This document shows positions 50,413 to 59,768 of a stretch of 60,845 bases of DNA, in pieces. The stretch comes from Elusimicrobiota bacterium (GTDB lineage: Bacteria; Elusimicrobiota; Elusimicrobia; Elusimicrobiales; UBA9959): positions 1-60,845 of the forward strand of contig JACQWV010000010.1 of assembly GCA_016209085.1 (NCBI GenBank), given 5' to 3'. The translations under genes were made by a program, and so were the position numbers. How positions within the stretch are numbered: position 1 is the stretch's first letter; every line of letters starts with the position of its first letter. The notes beneath the pieces are model-generated. The model saw only the letters and a program-made list of their open reading frames with translations. It searched no databases and was not told the origin of the DNA.

Positions 50413-50982
50413 TCAAATAGCTATACCAGCTTTTCTTAGAAATTTTATCACAATGTTCATCGGAAGCCCGACCACTGTGTCATATCGTCCCTTTATCCTT
50501 TCGATGAAAAAGTCGCCGGAATCCTGCGCCGCGTATCCTCCTGCTTTGTCCAGATGTTTGACCGCTATTTGTTCAAGACATGTCCCGGCAAGCTTTCTCG
50601 CTTTGCATTCAGCCATGTCGCAGCCGGAGATACAAAGTCCTCTGGAAAGCCATACCAGGGAAACTCCGCTATAAACCGTTTGCCATGCTCCGTTCTGCAT
50701 GGAAAGCATTTTTAAGGCGTGTTTTCTGGATTTCGGCTTTCCTATGATTTTTCCCCTGCAGTATACTATGGTATCCGCTCCGAGAACCGGCGAGCGCGGA
50801 TGCCTGACTGCGACTGCCATGGCTTTCCTGCAAGCCATGTCCTTTACTATTGAGGACGGTTTCCTGAAGCGGGTCGTTTCTTTTATCCGGCTTGGAATTT
50901 TTTTAAATTTTATCCCTGCTTTTTTGAGAAGCGCCGTTCTCCTCGGAGATTGGGATGCAAGAATCAGAATTGGAAAACTCAT
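50413..50982 (-). CDS. maf: Maf-family nucleoside triphosphate pyrophosphatase
   Basis: LILASQSPRR..LL, GADTIV and GAYGIQ-like GGYAAQD motifs. Confidence 0.9.
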   Translation of the reverse strand: MSFPILILASQSPRRTALLKKAGIKFKKIPSRIKETTRFRKPSSIVKDMACRKAMAVAVRHPRSPVLGADTIVYCRGKIIGKPKSRKHALKMLSMQNGAWQTVYSGVSLVWLSRGLCISGCDMAECKARKLAGTCLEQIAVKHLDKAGGYAAQDSGDFFIERIKGRYDTVVGLPMNIVIKFLRKAGIAI

Positions 50983-51239
50983 TTGACCAACTGTTTGTAA
51001 ATTACGGCCGAAATGAATATGCCGATGAGGCTGGCGATGTTGAATTTGAATATGAGGCCTATGGTGAATTCAAACAGACTCAGGTCAATGGTCGTGGGTT
51101 TCAGACCCGTATTTATGCCGGTGCTCATAAGCTCGGCTATTTTTCCGGCTGCAAACCAGACGTTGAACAGCTTGTTTATGAACATTCCGATGAGGGAACC
51201 TACGACGACGATGATGATTACATGAATGGCGTTTTTCAT
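50979..51239 (-). CDS. Small membrane protein (DUF4321-like)
   Basis: 86 aa with two TM segments. It overlaps both neighbours by 4 nt. Confidence 0.45.
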   Translation of the reverse strand: MKNAIHVIIIVVVGSLIGMFINKLFNVWFAAGKIAELMSTGINTGLKPTTIDLSLFEFTIGLIFKFNIASLIGIFISAVIYKQLVK

Positions 51240-51619
51240 TTAAGGAAGCCGGTTTTATGATTTTTTTCCCTGTCCCTGTCTTTTGAGATGTTGGTGGAAA
51301 ACAGGGTATTCGCTCCCAGCCATGTCAGATAATCCTTATTTCCGGAAGATATTTCAAAAAACACGGTTTCAGGGACGGTATAAGAGTGATTTTCTTTGAC
51401 GAATTGTATTATGTCCGCTGAAAGGGTTTTTCTTGTTTTAACTATGAACAGGCATTCCTTTGAATTCTCAATTTTGCCTTTCCACCAGTAAGAAGACGAA
51501 ACGTTTTCAATAATCATAACGCACGCTGCCAGTTTGTTTTTGAGCAGCCCGTCTCTCAGCTTTTCCGCCGTTTTTGCGTCTCCGGCTGTTATAAAGCAAA
51601 TCTGATAAGGCGTAGCCAT
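51236..51619 (-). CDS. cutA: Divalent-cation tolerance protein CutA
   Basis: ..LLKNKLAACVMIIENVSSSYWWKGKIENSKECLFIVKT.. matches the CutA1 core. Confidence 0.75.
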   Translation of the reverse strand: MATPYQICFITAGDAKTAEKLRDGLLKNKLAACVMIIENVSSSYWWKGKIENSKECLFIVKTRKTLSADIIQFVKENHSYTVPETVFFEISSGNKDYLTWLGANTLFSTNISKDRDREKNHKTGFLK

Positions 51620-51670
51620 ATAATAAGATAATATAAATACAACGCTGTTTCAGTCAACCCTGAGCGACAA

Positions 51671-51684
51671 CCTGAGCGACCCTA
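51671..51684. repeat. 14-nt direct repeat cctgagcgacccta (left boundary of the ATPase/DUF4276/GIY-YIG islet)
   Basis: Identical to 54133-54146. It is preceded by a tandem partial copy, cctgagcgac, at 51659-51668. Confidence 0.7.
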
Positions 51685-51692
51685 AAAAAAGA

Positions 51693-52121
51693 TTACTTCG
51701 TCTCTACAACATTTTTGGGGGATGATGGTTTCTTCCTGTGGCATGATTTCACTGGTTGGCGAAAGGTACGGCTGTCTTGTTCTCCCGTCGAACTCACATT
51801 AGCTGGAATGAATGGTTTAACACATTGTTTAGTAAGAATAATTTCCTCTTTCTTGGAGCGAGGCATCGCTTTAATCTGTGCTTCTTGGATTAGGGCTTTG
51901 GAATGCGTCAAACCCTCTTGCTGAAATAATAGATTTACCGGCAAGCGAGTTCTGGTATATGTCGCCCCTTTGCCATTATTGTGCTGTTTTAACCGCGCCT
52001 CGACATCTTTCGCTATCCCCGTGTAAAGCGATCCGTCCCCGCAACAGAGAATATAGACTGACCATTCCCGTTTGCGGCCTTTTTTCATTCCTCGGATCAT
52101 TTTCAGATATTTTGGATTCAT
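51693..52121 (-). CDS. GIY-YIG nuclease family protein (UPF0213/YhbQ-like core with a basic tail of about 50 aa)
   Basis: [62 protein letters not shown]. Confidence 0.85.
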   Translation of the reverse strand: MNPKYLKMIRGMKKGRKREWSVYILCCGDGSLYTGIAKDVEARLKQHNNGKGATYTRTRLPVNLLFQQEGLTHSKALIQEAQIKAMPRSKKEEIILTKQCVKPFIPANVSSTGEQDSRTFRQPVKSCHRKKPSSPKNVVETK

Positions 52122-52152
52122 TTTAAAATAAGTATTGTGTCCCCGAAATTCC

Positions 52153-52779
52153 TTAAGAAACTCGCAGTTCCCTGAGCATTTTCTCTATGTCTCTGTAACA
52201 TTTATCAAATGATTCGGAATTTGTTCGTGCGGCCGTCATATCAAGTAATTCTGTAAATGCAGGTTGATCTGTTGTTTCTGTGTATCTTTGACCTTCCGGC
52301 ATCTGGTCGCTAATCCACTCTTTTGCACCGCGAATATTCTCTGGATTCAGAGGAGATACTAATGTTTCTGGGAGTCCGCTCTTCCCGCGAAGCGACTCAG
52401 CAGCAGCCAAAAGCCATGTTTCATATTCCATCTTTGCCAACACAACAAATATCGGTATGTTCCTACGGGCTGCCTGGGCGCGCGCCCGCAGCTCAGGTCC
52501 ATTTATTGCGGGACAACAATCTTTAAAATCACCATCAAGGAGTATAAAAATGCCTCCATTTCCATTTAGCTTATAGGATGCCAGGACCACAGCGCGTTCA
52601 ATCTCCCCGGCCTTTAACAGGAGCGAAGCTGGAATACGTATAGGATAAAGTATTTGGGGGACAAAATCAGGAAAGATATCCAACGCAATTCTGCGGATTA
52701 AAATGGGGATCGCTTCACATTCCCCGTGCCCTTCAACTATTGGGATAATTTTTACTTGGCCCATGTTTGTAGTTCTCAA
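52153..52779 (-). CDS. DUF4276-family protein (Toprim-like fold)
   Basis: About 203 aa from the Met at 52764. [14 protein letters not shown] (acidic EG..E), ILLDGDF (DxD) and [14 protein letters not shown] agree with my recollection of DUF4276 hallmarks. It overlaps the 3' end of the ATPase gene. Confidence 0.65.
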   Translation of the reverse strand: MRTTNMGQVKIIPIVEGHGECEAIPILIRRIALDIFPDFVPQILYPIRIPASLLLKAGEIERAVVLASYKLNGNGGIFILLDGDFKDCCPAINGPELRARAQAARRNIPIFVVLAKMEYETWLLAAAESLRGKSGLPETLVSPLNPENIRGAKEWISDQMPEGQRYTETTDQPAFTELLDMTAARTNSESFDKCYRDIEKMLRELRVS

Positions 52780-53983
52780 AAAGATCTGGTTGAGTTGGAG
52801 TTGTATATTCCGTACAATCGGGTTCTAACTGATTTATCCTAAGAAGTTCGCCTGGCGTATATAGGCGTTCCTTTATTGCTTTTTTTCCCGCTGAATCCAA
52901 AGGACCCATTTTGGTCTCTCCGTTTTTATTAATAACCGGCCAAATACACGACTCGGAAATATCCTTATCATCCAACAAGTCAGGGCTATGACTGGTAACT
53001 ATAATTTGGGTTTTCTGGGAAGCAGCCAGAAGCGCGTCACGCAAAATTCCGGCTGCGCCCGGATGTAATGCCACCTCTGGCTCTTCAATACCGACAAATG
53101 GAACTTTTTTTTGGCTGTTATTGGAAGATTGGAATAAAGCTGTCAGTACGCCAAGCGCCCTAAGTGTGCCATCGGACATGTTTTCTGCCATGAATCGCCA
53201 TGGGTCACTACTGTTCCCAACATTTTGGCGAAACTCCAGCGTCTCCTTTTTTCCGATGTGTTTCACATCTACACTTTGAATACCAGGCACCGCAGTTGAA
53301 AGGAAATCAATTACCCTGTCGTGCGTTTCTTTGTTTTCCCGTTTCATCATATCCAGGACACTCGCAAGATTGCCGCCATCCCGCCTCAAGACCTCCCCCG
53401 CATCCGATGGTTGTAATTCTCTGATTTCATCCGGGCTAAGGTTATAAAATCCCATATGTGATAACGCATTATATAAAGATTTAAATTTAGGGACACCGGC
53501 AGCCATAACTAAAAAGAGTCGGTCGGTGTTTATTGGCAGGTCACTGCCTATGTTGTGCTCTTTGAGCTCTCCATCCTCAACTTTATAAAAACTGTCCTCA
53601 CCTAAGTTTTTACCAAAAATTTTGCACTCCTCGCGTTGAACTGCAAACCCCCCTTTCTCACGAGACTTTACGCGGAACGCATACATCCCTTCCGTCCCAT
53701 CTGCCAGTTGCCACTCCAATCTGATTCCAAAATGAGTCGGATGCCCGGCAGATCTTCGCCTTACTTCGTTTATCCCCCCCCGGTCTCGTAAGGCATGCTC
53801 TAGAGAAGTATTTAATGACTCCGTCACAAGGCGCAGAGCATCAAGAAAATTGCTCTTTCCTGCCCCATTTTGACCGACAAGAAAAGTCAATGGCCCAGGT
53901 TGAACACTACATTCTTTTATGCTCTTATAATTGTTGAGGATTATTCGTTTTAAAAAGACAGGGGAATTCATAATTATCTCCAC
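52733..53983 (-). CDS. ABC/SMC-type AAA ATPase (AAA_15/AAA_21, OLD/RloA/PtuA/AriA-like)
   Basis: 416 aa. Walker A is GQNGAGKSN, the signature-like motif is MSDGTLRAL, Walker B is FVGIEEPEVALHP and the H-loop is VTSHSPDLL. Confidence 0.85.
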   Translation of the reverse strand: MEIIMNSPVFLKRIILNNYKSIKECSVQPGPLTFLVGQNGAGKSNFLDALRLVTESLNTSLEHALRDRGGINEVRRRSAGHPTHFGIRLEWQLADGTEGMYAFRVKSREKGGFAVQREECKIFGKNLGEDSFYKVEDGELKEHNIGSDLPINTDRLFLVMAAGVPKFKSLYNALSHMGFYNLSPDEIRELQPSDAGEVLRRDGGNLASVLDMMKRENKETHDRVIDFLSTAVPGIQSVDVKHIGKKETLEFRQNVGNSSDPWRFMAENMSDGTLRALGVLTALFQSSNNSQKKVPFVGIEEPEVALHPGAAGILRDALLAASQKTQIIVTSHSPDLLDDKDISESCIWPVINKNGETKMGPLDSAGKKAIKERLYTPGELLRINQLEPDCTEYTTPTQPDLFENYKHGPSKNYPNS

Positions 53984-54132
53984 AAAAAAGGTTCGTATGC
54001 CACTAGCCGATTATAGGACTCACGTAATTAAACGAGTCTGTTTATCTATTCTCTAAAACCCGGAAAATTCTCGCCTTTTCCTAACCTTATCTAATTCTAA
54101 TAAATTAATTGCTGTTTTAAAAAGTAAAAAGG

Positions 54133-54146
54133 CCTGAGCGACCCTA
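54133..54146. repeat. 14-nt direct repeat cctgagcgacccta (right boundary of the islet)
   Basis: Partner of 51671-51684. It is followed by hairpins cgaccct..agggtcg and tcgtccc..gggacga. Confidence 0.7.
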
Positions 54147-54197
54147 CGACAAGCTCAGGGTCGTCCCGAGTGGAACCGAGGGACGAAGCCGAACGGG

Positions 54198-55088
54198 TCA
54201 ATACTCGCAGGTCTGGGAGAAATCCAGCTGAAGTCTTTCAACGTCCGACTGCCGGGCGAGCCTCCATTTCCTGTCTTTTTCCAGTTCTTCCATGTAAGTT
54301 TTCTGAATTTTGGCAAGTACGTCCGTTTGTATTTCGTAGAATTCCCGCTGGAACCTGTAAATGTCGTATCTCGGGAGAGCTTTTATCCTGGCCTCGTTTT
54401 TTATGGCGTCGGCTCTTGAAAGTATTCCCCTTTCAACCTTTCTCAAATCTCTTTCATAAAGAAGCTGAAAAAATTTGGACTCGTCGGTCATCGCCTCTTT
54501 TGTCTTGTCAAGCCATCCTTTTACCGAATTCATGGTCTCAAGGGGTCTCAGGCATGCCGGCTCATCAGAAAGGGCGGTGTTTCTGGCTGTTTCCATCGCC
54601 CTGTGCGAGCCTTCCATAACATAAGCGCAGAACTCGTTCAGGGTGTTTTTGGCAAAATCCCCTTCAAAATCCTCAGGTATGAAGCTCAAATCCGCCGCCA
54701 TCCTGGCCTGCAGGAGAGTCGCAAGCTCCTCTTCTTCGGATATAATCTGTTCAAGGCCGGTTTTCACGGACATGTCGTAGATGTAAAGAACCTTTGCGAT
54801 TTTAAGGGCGAGCATCGTATCCGATTTCTTCAAATCCCGCGGCAGATATATGATTCTTGAATTTGCCAGAAACTTGTGGCAGTTTTCCGGAGTGTTGGAA
54901 TATTCAAGCCGCGGAGGAAATTTTGACACTGACGCAATCAATATCCGGCCTTCCGCTGTGTGGGAAATTATGTCAAGGGCTCTTTCTATGGAGGGCTCGG
55001 CAGTCATTGATTTGTCTTTTCTTAAACTGCCGGAGCATGCGCTTAAAAAAATCATTGAGGCAAGCAAAAGCAGCGTATGTTTTCCCAT
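54198..55088 (-). CDS. Hypothetical lipoprotein
   Basis: 296 aa with the lipobox LSAC. Confidence 0.5.
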   Translation of the reverse strand: MGKHTLLLLASMIFLSACSGSLRKDKSMTAEPSIERALDIISHTAEGRILIASVSKFPPRLEYSNTPENCHKFLANSRIIYLPRDLKKSDTMLALKIAKVLYIYDMSVKTGLEQIISEEEELATLLQARMAADLSFIPEDFEGDFAKNTLNEFCAYVMEGSHRAMETARNTALSDEPACLRPLETMNSVKGWLDKTKEAMTDESKFFQLLYERDLRKVERGILSRADAIKNEARIKALPRYDIYRFQREFYEIQTDVLAKIQKTYMEELEKDRKWRLARQSDVERLQLDFSQTCEY

Positions 55089-55173
55089 TTCCGATTACCA
55101 AGTATTCTTCTTTATCCGCCGTCTGATGCGGACAGCTTCGGCGGATTCCGCTCCGCAGTAATTCTGCGGAGCT

Positions 55174-57540
55174 TCATTTTTTTAATCTCTCCAAAAGTTT
55201 TTCCAGCCCTTGTACAATGGTTTTTTTGACAGCCGGCTGTTCAATTACCGATTTCACGTCAAGCTTCACGGAAGGATTTGAAAAAGTCCCTTTTACGTAC
55301 ATTCCCACCGGCGCTGACATGCTGATTCCTGAAGCTTTGAGCAGAGTCGTGTTTATTTTCAAGTCAAGATTCTCCGTGGGAAGATTTATGTTCCCGGATG
55401 AATTTACTATCGCCATCTCGGAGTTCAGGACCGATTTGTCTATTTTCATCAATCCTTCGCTGAAAGCGTACGCTCCTTCAATAAGAGAATAGTTTATGTT
55501 GTCAAAATCGGGAAGAAATTTGGATTTGGCTGTTTTTGACGCTTTCTGCAGGAGAATCACGGGATACAAAGCCACTTTTGCGATTTTAAATTTCTGCGCA
55601 AGCTCGTATAAATTCGTGAGCCGTCCTTCTTTTATCTCAAAAGAGGCGTTCCCGTAGAGGTTCTTCAAATCGGCTGAAATGTTTTTAAGATTATAAGTCA
55701 TGACCGCGTTGTTCCCGGTAAAATTGGGGAGGCTTATAGCGCCTATTCTGGATTTCCCGCTGAGGTCAATGAACGAATTCCCGCCTTTTGATTCATCCGC
55801 TTTTTTTCCGGGTTTGTCTTTGTCCGTTCCGGCTGTTTTTTGTTCCTGAGCGGGTTTCGGGAATTCCTTGAGTTCAAACTTCGCAAGATTCAGGTTGAAA
55901 TTTATGTCCAGGTGTTTCCGGAACAGGGCGGCATTGTCCGTCCCGCCGAATGGCGGGACGAGCGGCAGATAGTTTTTAACTGAAACCGAAGATGAAAAGT
56001 TTTCATTATTCAGTTTCCCTGTTTTCTGGTTTAAATGCAGCGCGTCGTCCGAAACCGTCAGGCTGCCTGAGAGGTTTGAGAAAGAATGATTGAAACAGGC
56101 GAATTTTACGTCCGTAAAATCAGCCGCGCCTGAAATTGACGCCTTCTTATCATACGAATATTTAAACGAACCCCTCAGGATTCCGTCCGGGTTGAAATCT
56201 TTCGCTGCCGGCAATATCCCGGCCAGTTCTGATATCCGCGCTCTGTCCATGTTTACTGTCCCTGAAGCCTTCATGCCCTGTCCGGCGAAATTAAGTTTCG
56301 TATCCAATGAAATTGCCGTTTCCCTTAGATTTATCTTTACAGGGTTAACAATCATGAACGAAGGGGTCAGCCGCGCCCGGGCGCTTGCGGAAAAAGACGG
56401 TATCTTGAGATTTTTCGGGACAGCCGGAACTCTTTTTCCGATGTGGGTTGAGTCCATCTCCGGGAAATTCCCGTTTATTTCAGCGTTTAAATCATAGTTG
56501 AACGCAGGGTTCCAGACAATCATGCCTGAAAACCTTCCGTTTGCAGGCCCTGCTTTGAAAGTTGACCGGCGGAAACTGACGGATTTTGCGGTCAGTTTGA
56601 AATTTGAGTCTATTTTTATCCCGGGCATGGGCGTTTTTCCCGGAACAGCCGGGAAAAATTCCTTGAGACTTGTCGTGTTAAAAGGCTCAACAGTAAGCGT
56701 TGCTTTTGCGTCAGGCTCAAGCAGGTTTTTGAAACTGCCTTCCAAGCGGCATTTGATTTTTCCGAATCCGGCTTCGGTTTTTTTCAGGACTGCTTCCGCC
56801 TCTTCAATTTTGCCGCCTGCCATATTGAGACTGCCCAACATGGAAACCGGAAATTTCCCGTTGAGGTATTTTGATTTAACTTCAAGCGTAAACGCCGTAT
56901 TGAAGCTGAAATTTTTAGTCAGGGAGATGTTTTTAGACGCGAACGAAAGCGAGTTAAAAGATACTTCTATTAAATTTTGCAGATTTTTATATTTAACGCT
57001 GGAATCTTTTAATTCAAAATTTGAGATGACAAATTCAACCGGGATTTTTTCCTGCTTTTCCTCCGGAGGTCGTGCGGCCTCGGCGGCGGGAAGAATGTCC
57101 GAAAAATTGAAAACGTTTTCTTTTGCCTGTATGAGATTGAAATGGAGCCCCGAAATTTTAACCGAGTCTATCTTCACTTTTTTTCTCAGGATGTCTTTCC
57201 ATGAAGGGATTACACGGAGTTCCCTTGCGGAAACGAAATTTCCTTTTTTAAAATCCGGGTATTCGGATATTTTCAGGTTTTTAAACACAAAGCCAGTCAG
57301 CCTGAGGGAGGCGGATTCTATTGAAATTTCCCTTTTGAGTTTTCTGGAGGCGTAATCTACGGCTATTTTTTTGATTTTTTCCGAAGTAAAATAAACCTTG
57401 AGGAAGATGAAAAGACACAGCAAAACCAAAACAAAAAAACCGGCGAAATAAAGAAAAAATTTTACCAGCTTTCGCATTAAGGAAATTATATAAAATATTA
57501 TTATGCAGACTTTAAAAAAAATTGAAACAATACTTGACAA
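55174..57540 (-). CDS. AsmA-family outer-membrane biogenesis protein
   Basis: 788-aa ORF. The likely start is the MRKLVKFF Met at 57477. An N-terminal TM segment is followed by a long beta-rich region typical of AsmA/DUF748. Confidence 0.55.
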   Translation of the reverse strand: MSSIVSIFFKVCIIIFYIISLMRKLVKFFLYFAGFFVLVLLCLFIFLKVYFTSEKIKKIAVDYASRKLKREISIESASLRLTGFVFKNLKISEYPDFKKGNFVSARELRVIPSWKDILRKKVKIDSVKISGLHFNLIQAKENVFNFSDILPAAEAARPPEEKQEKIPVEFVISNFELKDSSVKYKNLQNLIEVSFNSLSFASKNISLTKNFSFNTAFTLEVKSKYLNGKFPVSMLGSLNMAGGKIEEAEAVLKKTEAGFGKIKCRLEGSFKNLLEPDAKATLTVEPFNTTSLKEFFPAVPGKTPMPGIKIDSNFKLTAKSVSFRRSTFKAGPANGRFSGMIVWNPAFNYDLNAEINGNFPEMDSTHIGKRVPAVPKNLKIPSFSASARARLTPSFMIVNPVKINLRETAISLDTKLNFAGQGMKASGTVNMDRARISELAGILPAAKDFNPDGILRGSFKYSYDKKASISGAADFTDVKFACFNHSFSNLSGSLTVSDDALHLNQKTGKLNNENFSSSVSVKNYLPLVPPFGGTDNAALFRKHLDINFNLNLAKFELKEFPKPAQEQKTAGTDKDKPGKKADESKGGNSFIDLSGKSRIGAISLPNFTGNNAVMTYNLKNISADLKNLYGNASFEIKEGRLTNLYELAQKFKIAKVALYPVILLQKASKTAKSKFLPDFDNINYSLIEGAYAFSEGLMKIDKSVLNSEMAIVNSSGNINLPTENLDLKINTTLLKASGISMSAPVGMYVKGTFSNPSVKLDVKSVIEQPAVKKTIVQGLEKLLERLKK

Positions 57541-59764
57541 TGTTGCCGCGGAAAACAGATATTCATTGTCTGAACCCGAAGTTTACGAAATCTTCACGGG
57601 TTTGGGCCTGAACCTCCCCCAGTACCTGTATTTCAGCTTGCGGGACGTATCGGAAATTCCGTCCATGCTTGCTGGCCTGGCTGAAAAACTGCCCGGAGCA
57701 AAAATCGCGGTTAAAATTTCCTCTTCAAAAACTTTGCACAAAACAGATTCAGGCGGGATCTTGACAGTTCCCAAACAGAAAGACGCAATTCAAAAAGCCC
57801 TCAATTCCCTTAAAGGAAAATTCAAAGACTGTGAAGGAATCCTTGCCGCTGAATTCATTGAGCATCCGGGCCTGTCTTTAGGCGGGGAATTGCTTTTAGG
57901 CGCAAGATCCGACCATGCTTTCGGTCCAATCATAACGCTCGGCCCGGGCGGAACCCATGCGGAGTCCTTAAACTCTTCCCTCAGGGAAGGCGTTTCCCTG
58001 TCTGTAGCCCCTGTTGACGCGTCGCCAGACTGGAAGGATTTTCTGGATTCAAGCTGGATATGGAAATACGTTTCAGGCAAAGTAAGGGGAGCGGAAAAAC
58101 TGGCTGATGAGTCTGAAATAATCAGATGGCTTGAGGCTTTCAGTCTGGTAATGAAAAATTTCAGGGATTCTGGCGATTTTAAATACGCGGTTGAAGAAAT
58201 GGAAGTAAACCCCCTTGCTGTTTCAAAAGGCCAAATCATAGCCCTTGACGCTCTTTTGCGCTTCAGAAAAGCTGAAAAAAAACAAAGAACAAAGCCCTCT
58301 AAAAAAGGAGTGTCCGGACTGCTCAATCCGGCTAAAGTAGGCGTGACAGGCGTTAGCGAAAAGAAAATGAACATGGGAAGGATAATTCTGAACAACGTGC
58401 TGAAAGCCGGATTTGTCAAGGAAAACATGTTCATAATCAAAGACGGCATTGACAGCATAGACGGGGTAAAATGCTTCCCCTCCGCCTCCAGTCTGCCGTT
58501 TACCGCAGATATGTACGTTGTAGCCGTCCCGTCCAGCCAAGCGCCTGAAGTCATAAAAGACGCGGGCCTGTCAAAAAAAGTAAACGGCGTGATTCTGATA
58601 AGCGGAGGAATGGGCGAGAAATCCGGCAGCGAAGGCCTGGCGGACAGATTGCTGGATGAAATAAAAAAGGCAAAACAAAACAACCCTGATTTTGTCCTAA
58701 GCGGAGGAAACTCCCTGGGCATAGTGCTGAACCGGGCCAGAGTCAACACCCTGTTCATACCTGAATACAAAATGACCTACCCGCTCGGTTCAAATCCAAA
58801 CATGGTTAAAACCGCTTTTGTAAGCCAGAGCGGCGCCTTTGTCGTATCAGTCATAAGCAAAATGCCGTGGCTAAAACCCGTTTACAGCATAACTGTCGGC
58901 AACCAGCAGGACATAACAGTCGTTGATTACCTTGAAAATCTGGTTGACGACGACGAGTTGAAGGTAATGCTTGTTTACATTGAAGGATTCAAATATTCCG
59001 ACGGGCTCAATCTTGTGAAAATCATACAAAAGGCAAAAGCAAAAGGAAAACGCGTGATAATTTACAAGGCAGGCAGAACCTCTGCCGGACAAAAAGCAGT
59101 AATGGGTCATACCGCCTCAATTGCCGGAGATTATGCGGTCTCAAAACTTTTAATGGAAAAAGCAGGAGCTTTAGTGTTAGATACATTTGACGACTTCTGC
59201 GATTTCGCAATGCTTGCGTGTTATTGCGATAATTATAAAATCAAGGGCCCGGGAGCGTTTTTCATGAGCAATGCCGGATTTGAAACAGCAGGCATGGCAG
59301 ACAATATTTCAGGCATCCTGAACGCGAGAATACAAGACGAGGGGCTTATAAAGCGGCTCAACGGAATAATGAAAGAATTCAAGCTTGACGCAATAGTTGA
59401 CGTCAAGAACCCGATGGACATGACCCCCATGGCGAACGACAAGGCGGTGGCGGAAACAGTAAAAGCTGTTCTCGCGTCTGAGGAATTTGCAGGCGTGATT
59501 CTGTCAATGGTTCCACTTACGCCCGAACTGAACGCTTTGCCGAAATCAGGCGGTTATCCTGACGACATGGAAAAATCTTTCCTGAAAGAAACAGCAGATG
59601 AAATGAAAAACGCAGGCAAACCCGTTATTTTCTGCGCAGCGTCCGGCCTGATTTACGAACCTTATGTTGAATACGCCCTGAATTTGGGAATCCCGGTATT
59701 CCGCTCCGCTGACAGGGCAGTCCGGATTTACTCAAAATACATCGCAGTATCGGAATTTCAGTAA
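57503..59764 (+). CDS. ADP-forming acetyl-CoA synthetase family protein (fused ATP-grasp, CoA-binding and ligase-CoA domains)
   Basis: 753 aa. An ATP-grasp-like N-terminal third is followed by VGVTGVSEKK (CoA-binding) and the GHTASIAG phosphohistidine loop. Confidence 0.7.
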   Translation: MQTLKKIETILDNVAAENRYSLSEPEVYEIFTGLGLNLPQYLYFSLRDVSEIPSMLAGLAEKLPGAKIAVKISSSKTLHKTDSGGILTVPKQKDAIQKALNSLKGKFKDCEGILAAEFIEHPGLSLGGELLLGARSDHAFGPIITLGPGGTHAESLNSSLREGVSLSVAPVDASPDWKDFLDSSWIWKYVSGKVRGAEKLADESEIIRWLEAFSLVMKNFRDSGDFKYAVEEMEVNPLAVSKGQIIALDALLRFRKAEKKQRTKPSKKGVSGLLNPAKVGVTGVSEKKMNMGRIILNNVLKAGFVKENMFIIKDGIDSIDGVKCFPSASSLPFTADMYVVAVPSSQAPEVIKDAGLSKKVNGVILISGGMGEKSGSEGLADRLLDEIKKAKQNNPDFVLSGGNSLGIVLNRARVNTLFIPEYKMTYPLGSNPNMVKTAFVSQSGAFVVSVISKMPWLKPVYSITVGNQQDITVVDYLENLVDDDELKVMLVYIEGFKYSDGLNLVKIIQKAKAKGKRVIIYKAGRTSAGQKAVMGHTASIAGDYAVSKLLMEKAGALVLDTFDDFCDFAMLACYCDNYKIKGPGAFFMSNAGFETAGMADNISGILNARIQDEGLIKRLNGIMKEFKLDAIVDVKNPMDMTPMANDKAVAETVKAVLASEEFAGVILSMVPLTPELNALPKSGGYPDDMEKSFLKETADEMKNAGKPVIFCAASGLIYEPYVEYALNLGIPVFRSADRAVRIYSKYIAVSEFQ

Positions 59765-59768
59765 GTCC

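Noticed and set aside
57790-58770. A 326-aa ORF antisense to the acetyl-CoA synthetase gene. Similar long antisense ORFs lie at 56498-57355, 29487-30251, 22210-22911, 17236-17766 and 3522-4464.
   Set aside because: These are shadow ORFs opposite strongly supported genes. Their translations are low-complexity (S/P/R/F-rich) and carry no motifs.
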